Source: a virus
Taxonomy: Duplodnaviria > Caudoviricetes
Strand: one strand, 5' to 3'
DNA length: 64,000 nt
Virus record (IMG/VR): IMGVR_UViG_3300042881_004206
Every line of letters begins with the position of its first letter. The stretch's first letter is position 1. The notes under the pieces are model-generated. The model saw nothing but the letters and a program-made list of their open reading frames with translations, did not search any database and had not been told where the DNA came from. A program made the translations under genes and the position numbers. Below, one piece after another: positions 50,762-57,657 of this stretch.

Positions 50762-51189
50762 TGAAATCTGAAGATTTTTCTCCGTCAGCACCAACGATTA
50801 CTATTGGTGGTGCCGCTGCTGAACCAATAATTGAAACAATTAATCTAGATGATATTTCAATTACTTTGAGTGATGATATCATCAAATTTCATGATATAGA
50901 TGGACGCAAGTTTGATGACGGTAAACTTGAATATGGTTTGTTGCCTCCTTTGGCACTTAAAGCTACAGTTGATGTTCTAACTTTTGGTGCACAAAAATAT
51001 GAACGAGACAACTGGAAGTTTGTGGATGATTCGAAAAGGCGTTATTTCGATGCATTACAAAGGCATTTGTGGGCTTGGAAAGAAGGAGAAGAAAATGATC
51101 CGGAATCCGGTAAACACCATTTAGCTCATGCAATGTGTTGCCTAATGTTTCTTTATGAACACGATGTGAAATATTCCACGACAGAATGA
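50761..51189 (+). CDS. dATP/dGTP diphosphohydrolase-like (DUF5664-type) protein
   Basis: 'G.K.D.GK....LLP', 'V..FGA.KY..DNW', 'RY..AL.RH..AW..GE..DPESG..HLAHA.C'. Confidence 0.8.
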   Translation: MKSEDFSPSAPTITIGGAAAEPIIETINLDDISITLSDDIIKFHDIDGRKFDDGKLEYGLLPPLALKATVDVLTFGAQKYERDNWKFVDDSKRRYFDALQRHLWAWKEGEENDPESGKHHLAHAMCCLMFLYEHDVKYSTTE

Positions 51190-51236
51190 AAATAATGTTG
51201 TATAATGATATGAATTTTTATTATGGAGATTGAAAA

Positions 51237-51908
51237 ATGAAATTGTCAGCCGACACACTAACTGTTCTCAAAAATTTTGCCAGTATCAATCCTGGTTTGG
51301 AATTTAAACAAGGTAATCAACTTTCTACAATGTCACCCACCAAGACTGTGCTCGCAAAAGCTACAGTTGGTGATAGCTTTCCAGAAGACTTCTGTATCTA
51401 TGACTTGAACCAATTCTTATCGGTTCATTCTTTGTTCAAAGATGCTGATGTGGATTTTGAAGATGCCAATGTTATTTTCAAGAGTGGCAGAAGCAAGACG
51501 AAGTATCGCAAGACTTCAAAAACAATGATTGTTACAGTACCCGAAAAAGAACTGAACTTGCCCAGCGTGGAAATTTCTTTCACATTTAATGATGAAGATT
51601 TTGCCTCTGTTATGAAGTCTGCAAGCGTACTACAATCACCTAATGTCTCCATCGAATCCGATGGTGAAAAGATTTATGTGACTTGTTTCAATGCAGCAGA
51701 TGATTCTTCGCACACAAATCTGATTGAAGTTGCTGATGGAAACGGAAGTAAGTTCAAATCCGTATTCAGTACTGATAATCTGAAGATGATTCCTGGCACA
51801 TATGATGTTCAGATTTCATCAAAAGGTATTTCTTTGTTTAAGAATACAAATGGTAATCTAAGTTATTGGATTGCAATTGAATCTAAGTACTCAAAGTTTG
51901 AGGCTTGA
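51237..51908 (+). CDS. gp45: Sliding clamp gp45
   Basis: 'MKLS..T..VLKNFA.IN', 'F.IYDL..FL' and the C-terminal 'YWIA.E'. Confidence 0.95.
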   Translation: MKLSADTLTVLKNFASINPGLEFKQGNQLSTMSPTKTVLAKATVGDSFPEDFCIYDLNQFLSVHSLFKDADVDFEDANVIFKSGRSKTKYRKTSKTMIVTVPEKELNLPSVEISFTFNDEDFASVMKSASVLQSPNVSIESDGEKIYVTCFNAADDSSHTNLIEVADGNGSKFKSVFSTDNLKMIPGTYDVQISSKGISLFKNTNGNLSYWIAIESKYSKFEA

Positions 51909-51910
51909 TT

Positions 51911-52183
51911 ATGAAAGTAAATACAATTTTTGGTTCGTTTGATGATGAACAGTTGTCCAAACTGAAAGGTTATATTGGAGAAGCAGTTCAAGTGATGGAC
52001 AAAATGGATGTAAAGAAGATTGAATTGCGTGATATCATTGATGCTGCTTATGATGATTTCAAAATTCCTAAAAAGATTTTGCGTAGAATGATCAAGGTAC
52101 AACGTAATCAGTCCTTTCAAAGTGAGGTTGCAGAGTATAAAGAATTTGAAGCCTTGTTTGAGGGCATGAACGAGGTCAAGTGA
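51911..52183 (+). CDS. DsbA-like double-stranded DNA-binding protein
   Basis: Size and the pattern 'L...I.EA....K.....E.RDI...A.D...IP.K..RR..K..NQSF..E..E..EFE.L(F/Y)' resemble T4 DsbA. Confidence 0.6.
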   Translation: MKVNTIFGSFDDEQLSKLKGYIGEAVQVMDKMDVKKIELRDIIDAAYDDFKIPKKILRRMIKVQRNQSFQSEVAEYKEFEALFEGMNEVK

Positions 52184-52512
52184 TGAATGGTCGCAGAAAC
52201 TTTGCAAAAGGCCTGGGTTTAGCAGGCCTTTTTTTGGCTGGTGTTGCAGGTTATAGAGAAGTTAAAGAAAGAATTGTTTATAAACAAGATGAACTTCCAA
52301 CATCAGAATTGGAAAAACAACTTGAAGGTAAACCAGTTCTTCAATTAAGTGCAACATACGGGGAATTAAAACCTCTGCCACCAAATTCATTTTATATTTC
52401 TGGTTATGAAAATTATGTTGAAGGTACAAAAAAAGAAGTTTCGGTAAATATTGTGCCTGGTCCTGATGGTAAACTGTACGTCAAAGAGAATGACACTTGG
52501 CGTAAAATTTGA
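52183..52512 (+). CDS. Hypothetical protein with twin-arginine-like N-terminal signal
   Basis: MNGRRNFAKG followed by a hydrophobic stretch (LGLAGLFLAGVAG). Confidence 0.6.
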   Translation: MNGRRNFAKGLGLAGLFLAGVAGYREVKERIVYKQDELPTSELEKQLEGKPVLQLSATYGELKPLPPNSFYISGYENYVEGTKKEVSVNIVPGPDGKLYVKENDTWRKI

Positions 52513-52518
52513 TATAAT
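52490..52518 (+). promoter_or_regulatory. sigma70-type promoter upstream of gp44
   Basis: ATGACA, 17 nt, TATAAT. Confidence 0.6.
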
Positions 52519-52544
52519 GTTTTTTTATACTATGGAGAATGTGA

Positions 52545-53483
52545 ATGAACGAACAACATGTGTTGTGGGTCGAGAAGTATCGCCCACAGAAAGTGGAAGA
52601 TTGTATTCTGCCTGATAATATCAAGGCAACTTTTCAAGAATATGTAAACAGAAAAGAAATTCCGAATCTTCTCCTTTCGGGAACAGCTGGTGTCGGCAAG
52701 ACAACCATTGCAAAAGCTCTGTGTAATGAGATTGGTTGTGATTATATTGTAATTAATGGTTCCGATGAGTCAGGAATCGATGTTCTTCGGAACAAGATTA
52801 AGAACTATGCATCTTCTGTTAGTTTATCTGGTGGTCGTAAGGTCATTATTATCGATGAGGCAGATTATCTAAATCCAAATTCAACTCAACCTGCACTTCG
52901 TGGTGCAATTGAGGAGTTCGCCTCCAACTGTTCGTTTATCTTCACCTGTAATTTTAAGAATAGAATTATTGATCCTATTCACTCTAGGTGTACAGTTATT
53001 GATTTTAAAGTAAACGGCAATAAAGCTAAACTAGCTACACAATTCTTTAAGCGTGTCGAATGGATTCTTGAAGAAGAAAATGTTCAGTATGAAAAAGAAG
53101 TTGTTGCTGCCGTCATCACGAAACATTTTCCCGACAATCGGCGAATTCTAAACGAACTGCAACGATACTCTGTTTCCGGTCGTATCGATAAAGGTATTCT
53201 AAGCTCAGTTAGTGATGTTCTAATTAATGAACTGATCAAATCACTAAAAGAAAAAGATTTTTCTTCTGCTCGTAAGTGGGCGACCAATAATCTAGATAAT
53301 GATCCTTCTCGGATTTTTCGCAAACTCTATGATAGCTTAAACGAATCTCTTAAACCCAATTCTATACCACAGTTGGTTTTGATTTTAGCTAAGTATCAAT
53401 ATCAAGCTGCGTTTGTCGCTGACCATGAAATTAATATGGTTGCTTGTCTCACAGAAATAATGGTAGATTGTGAGTTCAAATAA
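52545..53483 (+). CDS. gp44: Clamp loader large subunit gp44
   Basis: 'LWVEKYRP', GTAGVGKTT, IIDEAD and SRC motifs. Confidence 0.97.
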   Translation: MNEQHVLWVEKYRPQKVEDCILPDNIKATFQEYVNRKEIPNLLLSGTAGVGKTTIAKALCNEIGCDYIVINGSDESGIDVLRNKIKNYASSVSLSGGRKVIIIDEADYLNPNSTQPALRGAIEEFASNCSFIFTCNFKNRIIDPIHSRCTVIDFKVNGNKAKLATQFFKRVEWILEEENVQYEKEVVAAVITKHFPDNRRILNELQRYSVSGRIDKGILSSVSDVLINELIKSLKEKDFSSARKWATNNLDNDPSRIFRKLYDSLNESLKPNSIPQLVLILAKYQYQAAFVADHEINMVACLTEIMVDCEFK

Positions 53484-53869
53484 TGCCAGATATTTTTAAA
53501 GAAATAATCCCATCTATTCTGGAAACCAAAAAATCTGTTATAAATGACGATATTGATGCAAAGTCTTATGCGCCTTATATAGTCAACCGGGCCTTGTCCT
53601 ATCACTTGGATTGCGTTGCTTTCGTAAATGAAATGAACATGTATCCAGAAATCGATAAAGACATGCAATATCAGTATTATCTAAATAGTATTAGATCAAT
53701 GAAACGGAAATTTAAACCGTGGCAGAAATCTAATAAAGTTGAGAATATTGAGTGTGTGAAAGCCTTTTTTGGTTATTCGGACAACAGAGCCAAGGAAGCC
53801 CTCCTTATTCTCACCGAAGAACAAATCGCTGAGATAAAAATAATAACAGATAAGGGCGGAATGAAATGA
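53483..53869 (+). CDS. gp62: Clamp loader small subunit gp62
   Basis: 'Y.PYIVNR.LS', 'QY.Y.LNSIR..KR' and '..FGYS...A...L..L'. Confidence 0.92.
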   Translation: MPDIFKEIIPSILETKKSVINDDIDAKSYAPYIVNRALSYHLDCVAFVNEMNMYPEIDKDMQYQYYLNSIRSMKRKFKPWQKSNKVENIECVKAFFGYSDNRAKEALLILTEEQIAEIKIITDKGGMK

Positions 53870-54273
53870 TTAATGTAGAAGATTTAGTTGAAGTGACACT
53901 AAATGAACAGGATGATTTTCTAAAAGTACGAGAAACCTTAACACGGATTGGTGTTGCTTCCAAGAAAGAAAAAATTTTATACCAATCTTGCCACATCCTC
54001 CACAAAAGAGGGCAATATTACGTGGTGCATTTTAAGGAATTGTTTGCATTAGACGGAAAACCAACAGATATTACTGAAAGTGATCTTTCTCGCAGAAATG
54101 CAATTGTAAATTTATTGGAAGATTGGGGACTGGTAAAAATTGTCAAAAAAGAAAAGACACAAACACCAGAACCAATTTTTCTCTCACAGATTAAAATCAT
54201 TTCACATAAAGAGAAAAAAGATTGGCAATTAGTACCAAAATATAGTATTGGTAAAAAAGCACAAAAAGATTGA
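53866..54273 (+). CDS. regA: Translational repressor RegA
   Basis: 'DDFLK..ETLTRIG.AS.K...LYQSCHILHK.G.YY.VHFKELF.LDG'. Confidence 0.97.
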   Translation: MINVEDLVEVTLNEQDDFLKVRETLTRIGVASKKEKILYQSCHILHKRGQYYVVHFKELFALDGKPTDITESDLSRRNAIVNLLEDWGLVKIVKKEKTQTPEPIFLSQIKIISHKEKKDWQLVPKYSIGKKAQKD

Positions 54274-54299
54274 CAAATTAATATAAATACTTATATAAT
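54270..54299 (+). promoter_or_regulatory. Nested sigma70 promoter and T4 late promoter upstream of hsp20
   Basis: TTGACA (54270-54275), 18 nt, TATAAT (54294-54299), with a perfect TATAAATA (54282-54289) in the spacer. Confidence 0.8.
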
Positions 54300-54413
54300 C
54301 CTAGTCCCATCGGGATGGGAGCAGCAGTCCGAGGTCAGGCTGCATATAAATTCCTCGGGCCAACGCCTTTTGGGTTGGCATTATTAACTCGCTTATTTAA
54401 GGAGATTTAAATG
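54300..54413 (+). promoter_or_regulatory. Structured 5' UTR of hsp20: hairpin, H-type pseudoknot, hairpin and ROSE-like SD-sequestering hairpin
   Basis: Pairings are TCCCAT/ATGGGA; GCAGC/GCTGC with GTCCGAGG/CCTCGGGC; GCCAAC/GTTGGC; and CTCGCTTA/TAAGGAG with a bulged G. Confidence 0.7.
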
Positions 54414-54854
54414 ACCTCTATTCATAATCTTTTCGATTTTCACAAGTTTGATCCTTTTGCTGTCGGATTCAATGATGTTTTCAAGGACCTACAAGAAATG
54501 TCCAAGAATCTAAAGGCAGTTAGTTATCCTCCATACAATATCAAACAAGTCAAAGAAAACAAGTATGTTATCGAAATGGCTGTTGCTGGTTTTAGCAAGT
54601 CTGATATTGAAATTACTTTGGAAGGTAATAAACTTATCGTTAAGGGTAATACTCAAGAAAATGAAACCGACGACAATTTCATTTTCAAAGGTATTGCAAA
54701 TCGTAATTTTTCCCGTGAATTCAAAATCAATGACAAGATTGAAATTGAAAATGCAGAATTGGCTAACGGTATGTTGAAGATTTGGTTGCAGAATATGATT
54801 AAGGCACAAGACCTAGTGAAAAAGATTCCTTTGGTTTCCAAAGAAGAAAAATAA
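54411..54854 (+). CDS. hsp20: Small heat-shock protein (Hsp20/IbpA family)
   Basis: 'YPPYNI', 'IE.AVAGF.K.DI', 'KGIA.R.F.R.F' and 'A.L.NG.L.I'. Confidence 0.95.
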   Translation: MTSIHNLFDFHKFDPFAVGFNDVFKDLQEMSKNLKAVSYPPYNIKQVKENKYVIEMAVAGFSKSDIEITLEGNKLIVKGNTQENETDDNFIFKGIANRNFSREFKINDKIEIENAELANGMLKIWLQNMIKAQDLVKKIPLVSKEEK

Positions 54855-54884
54855 ATCGGTTATCTTTTAGGTAAATAACCGAAA

Positions 54885-54920
54885 GGGGCTCTTGACAGAG
54901 CCCTTTATTTTTTGTATAAT
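54885..54920 (+). terminator. Terminator hairpin overlapping a sigma70 promoter
   Basis: GGGGCTCT-TGAC-AGAGCCC plus T-rich tail. TTGACA (54892-54897), 17 nt, TATAAT (54915-54920). Confidence 0.75.
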
Positions 54921-54923
54921 ACT

Positions 54924-55112
54924 ATGATGAAAAAACAAAACATTACATTCCGTAAAGTTCGTCCTCGTAATGGTACAGACATTTACTACACCTCACCTTC
55001 TTGGGAAACCAAAGAGGTTGATGGTATAGTTTTTGTCTATGTGATTAAAAATCCTGCCGTGAGAGAAACACCTAAACTCATGCGCAAGGATTCTTTGGAG
55101 AATATTAAATGA
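54924..55112 (+). CDS. Hypothetical small basic protein
   Basis: The ATG at 54924 lies just downstream of the -10; the ORF-track start at 54912 lies within the promoter. Confidence 0.6.
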   Translation: MMKKQNITFRKVRPRNGTDIYYTSPSWETKEVDGIVFVYVIKNPAVRETPKLMRKDSLENIK

Positions 55113-55321
55113 TTTTGAATAAACTGAATGAACAGCTGGCCAATCGCAAAATTTTTGATCCATCAAATAGTGAACATTTAAAATTAGTTCGCATTTTTAT
55201 GCAAGAGAACGCATGGAAAAATACAAGTGCTATGGGCACATGTCCATTTCTACTGGAATGGCCATATTTGTCTGTTCCTGATATGATTAAAGATAAAATT
55301 GTTCGCAATCTTCTCGATTAA
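55109..55321 (+). CDS. Hypothetical protein (70 aa)
   Basis: Coupled ATGA overlap with the upstream gene. Confidence 0.65.
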   Translation: MILNKLNEQLANRKIFDPSNSEHLKLVRIFMQENAWKNTSAMGTCPFLLEWPYLSVPDMIKDKIVRNLLD

Positions 55322-55355
55322 TTTACAAACTATCGTTGTGATTAAAAAATACAAT

Positions 55356-55384
55356 TAGACTTTCTTCATTAATAGTGTTATACT
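55356..55384 (+). promoter_or_regulatory. sigma70-type promoter for rubrerythrin operon
   Basis: TAGACT, 17 nt, TATACT with TGn extension. Confidence 0.7.
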
Positions 55385-55429
55385 ATTATAAGTAATCATT
55401 GGAGTTACTTAACTTTTGAAAGGAAAATC

Positions 55430-55879
55430 ATGTCACTCACGATTAAAAACCTAGAAAGTGCATTGGCTGGAGAGTCAATGGCACATATCAAATATCGTTA
55501 TTTTGCAAAGATTGCTCGTGAAGAAGGATTCGAAGATGTTGCAAAACATTTTGAACATACAGCAGATCAAGAAATTAAACACGCTTGGGGTCATCTGGAG
55601 TTGTTGATTGGTAAACCTTCTACGAAAGAATGTCTTGAAAAAGCAATTGAAGGTGAAACATACGAATTTACGGAGATGTATCCTAAGTTTCATGCTGAAG
55701 CGGTTGCTGAGGGTGATCTAAAAAGTGCCGAAGAAGCAAAAGAACAATTATTCGAATCGCGCCGTCACGCCAAAGAATTCATTGAAATTTTAGAATTGGC
55801 GGAAAAGCGTTTTGCAGCACTCAAGAAAGTGGAAGAAAGACACGCCAATGCTTACAAAAATGTACTAGGAGGTCTATAA
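55430..55879 (+). CDS. Rubrerythrin (ferritin-like di-iron domain only)
   Basis: 'NLE.A.AGES.A...Y.YFA..A..EG', 'QE..HA' and 'EGE.YE...MYP.F'. Confidence 0.92.
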   Translation: MSLTIKNLESALAGESMAHIKYRYFAKIAREEGFEDVAKHFEHTADQEIKHAWGHLELLIGKPSTKECLEKAIEGETYEFTEMYPKFHAEAVAEGDLKSAEEAKEQLFESRRHAKEFIEILELAEKRFAALKKVEERHANAYKNVLGGL

Positions 55880-56019
55880 TGTCTGAACAAAAAGAAAGAA
55901 TCTATGTTTGTATTGTTTGTGGCCACACATTGTCTGAATCTGATTGGTTGAGTTTGCCTGACGAAGTTAATTGTCCAGAATGCGGCGTTTCAAAACAGGA
56001 TTATGTTTTGATGGAGTGA
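55879..56019 (+). CDS. Rubredoxin (46 aa; absent from the ORF track)
   Basis: Manual translation gives MSEQKERIYVCIVCGHTLSESDWLSLPDEVNCPECGVSKQDYVLME*, with two CxxCG motifs, a GGAGG SD and a TAATG overlap with rubrerythrin. Confidence 0.88.
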   Translation: MSEQKERIYVCIVCGHTLSESDWLSLPDEVNCPECGVSKQDYVLME

Positions 56020-56020
56020 T

Positions 56021-56449
56021 ATGAAACAAAAATTTCGTGATGCGTATATGAAAACGGCCGAGGTGTTTGCTGAACTATCCTCGGCTCGCAGACTTCATGT
56101 TGGTGCGATTATTGTTAAAGATGATCGCATCATTTCTATTGGTTATAACGGCATGCCATCTGGTTGGGATAATAATTGTGAAACAGAAGAATTTGGATTA
56201 CATGAAGGATATTATTTAAAAACAAAACCGGAGGTATTACATGCTGAAACTAATGCAATTGCTAAACTGGCAAAATCTAATGAATCTGGTAACCAGGCTA
56301 CTATGTTTATCACTCATTCCCCATGCTTGGAATGCGGTAAACTTATTTACCAAAGTGGTATTAACAGTGTTTATTATCGTAACTCTTATCGTAACGATGA
56401 TGGAATTAATTTCCTGGAGAAAGCAGGAGTGAAAGTAGAAAAACTGTAA
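56021..56449 (+). CDS. cd: dCMP deaminase
   Basis: HAE and PCxxC Zn motifs; 'VGA.IVKD..IIS.GYNG.P.G'. Confidence 0.92.
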   Translation: MKQKFRDAYMKTAEVFAELSSARRLHVGAIIVKDDRIISIGYNGMPSGWDNNCETEEFGLHEGYYLKTKPEVLHAETNAIAKLAKSNESGNQATMFITHSPCLECGKLIYQSGINSVYYRNSYRNDDGINFLEKAGVKVEKL

Positions 56450-56481
56450 GGCAATAAATATAATCTGGATGGGAGGATTTT

Positions 56482-56988
56482 ATGAGAATAAAGGTGTTCA
56501 ATTGTCCAGACAAAGAATTTAAACCTTATATTGAGGATGCAGCACTCTTTTATGCTCAGGAATTAATAACCAATACTAGAATTCGAAATAATTGTTACAC
56601 AACAATACGATTTGATGCTTCATTAAAAGAATATGGTTATGCTTCAATCGAAGAATATAATACTCAGAAGAATCCCAGACAATTTTTAATTGAAATACAT
56701 CCTGGTATAGGTGTAAAAAATATATTATCGACACTTGCTCATGAAATGGTTCATGTGAAACAATATATAAATGGTGAAACTGATGACAAACTATCTATTT
56801 GGAGAGGCAAAAAAATAAATTCCGATGAAGTTGATTATTGGGATCATCCATGGGAATTAGATGCACATGGTCGAGAAGTCGGTTTATTCTACAAATATAG
56901 TGTTAAAAATTGTTTGTGGGAAGTATTTGAAGAATTTAAAAATCCAAACTTACCTATAGTTTCTACACCTATTAAGTGGAAGAAATAA
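56482..56988 (+). CDS. Putative Zn metallopeptidase-like protein
   Basis: HEMVH (HExxH) plus a downstream 'PWE.DA' glutamate. A late promoter ATAAATA lies at 56454-56460. Confidence 0.65.
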   Translation: MRIKVFNCPDKEFKPYIEDAALFYAQELITNTRIRNNCYTTIRFDASLKEYGYASIEEYNTQKNPRQFLIEIHPGIGVKNILSTLAHEMVHVKQYINGETDDKLSIWRGKKINSDEVDYWDHPWELDAHGREVGLFYKYSVKNCLWEVFEEFKNPNLPIVSTPIKWKK

Positions 56989-57009
56989 AAAATACCTATA
57001 TAATATACT

Positions 57010-57044
57010 AAAACCCCTAGTACCGAAAGGTCTAGGGGTTTTTT
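57010..57044 (+). terminator. Rho-independent terminator (possibly bidirectional)
   Basis: AAAACCCCTAG...CTAGGGGTTTTTT. Confidence 0.88.
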
Positions 57045-57065
57045 GTTGTATTTTTACAACACCAG

Positions 57066-57094
57066 TTGACAACACACAAAACCCGTTGTATACT
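57066..57094 (+). promoter_or_regulatory. sigma70 promoter of tRNA operon
   Basis: TTGACA (57066-57071), 17 nt, TATACT (57089-57094). Confidence 0.88.
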
Positions 57095-57100
57095 GCGTTT

Positions 57101-57113
57101 TGTTCTTTAAAAA
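57101..57113 (+). promoter_or_regulatory. boxA-like antitermination element
   Basis: TGTTCTTTAAAAA versus rrn boxA TGCTCTTTAACA, at the 5' end of the tRNA operon transcript. Confidence 0.75.
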
Positions 57114-57128
57114 TTTGTAGAGTCTTTT

Positions 57129-57218
57129 GGAAACGTGTCCGAGCGGTTTATGGAACTGGTCTTGAAAACCAGCGTGTCAGAAATGGCACCGTGAGTTCGA
57201 ATCTCACCGTTTCCGCCA
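57129..57218 (+). tRNA. tRNA-Ser(TGA)
   Basis: Cloverleaf with long variable arm, loop CT-TGA-AA, G73 and encoded CCA. Confidence 0.95.
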
Positions 57219-57223
57219 TTAAA

Positions 57224-57315
57224 GGTGAGTTGGCTGAGTGGTCGAAAGCAGCAGTTTGCTAAACTGTCCTCCTCTTTAAACGGGAGCATAGGTTCGAATC
57301 CTATACTCACCGCCA
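57224..57315 (+). tRNA. tRNA-Ser(GCT)
   Basis: Cloverleaf, loop TT-GCT-AA, long variable region, CCA. Confidence 0.93.
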
Positions 57316-57322
57316 AATCATC

Positions 57323-57412
57323 CCCGCCATAGCTCATGGAGAGCAGGAGCGCTTATAACGCTTTCGTCCAGATAAGACCCAGGATGTGGTTCGATTCCAC
57401 ATGGCGGGACCA
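57323..57412 (+). tRNA. Atypical tRNA-Ile(TAT) with 21-nt extra arm
   Basis: Acceptor CCCGCCA/TGGCGGG, D-stem GCTC/GAGC with 5-nt loop, anticodon stem GAGCG/CGCTT with loop CT-TAT-AA, T-arm TGTGG-TTCGATT-CCACA, A73, CCA. Confidence 0.75.
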
Positions 57413-57418
57413 AACAAA

Positions 57419-57496
57419 GGGCCGGTAGCTCATGCTGGTTAGAGCAGTGGACTCATAATCCATTGGTGGTCAGTTCGACTCTGACCCGGCCTACCA
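57419..57496 (+). tRNA. tRNA(CAT), probably Ile2 (lysidine type), otherwise Met
   Basis: Loop CT-CAT-AA. The acceptor has C4-G69/C5-G68 as in TilS substrates. Confidence 0.85.
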
Positions 57497-57502
57497 AATT
57501 TT

Positions 57503-57578
57503 GTATGCGTGACCCGAACGGTTAGGGAGCGGATTGCAAATCCGTTTTATGCAGGTTCGATTCCTGTCGCATACTCCA
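57503..57578 (+). tRNA. tRNA-Cys(GCA)
   Basis: Loop TT-GCA-AA, U73, CCA. Confidence 0.93.
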
Positions 57579-57581
57579 ATT

Positions 57582-57657
57582 GCTCGGTTCGTCTATCGGT
57601 TTAGGACGCTAGCCTTTCACGCTGGAAAGACGGGTTCGATTCCCGTACCGAGTGCCA
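57582..57657 (+). tRNA. tRNA-Glu(TTC)
   Basis: Loop CT-TTC-AC, CCA. Confidence 0.93.

Noticed and set aside
50761-51189. 2-aminoadenine (Z) genome pathway suggested by the DUF5664-type gene
   Set aside because: No purZ or datZ is visible here, and this domain occurs in many phages; cannot be claimed from this window.
55385-55403. Fur/PerR-like box upstream of rubrerythrin (…TAATCATT…)
   Set aside because: Only about 10 of 19 positions match the Fur consensus in very AT-rich DNA.
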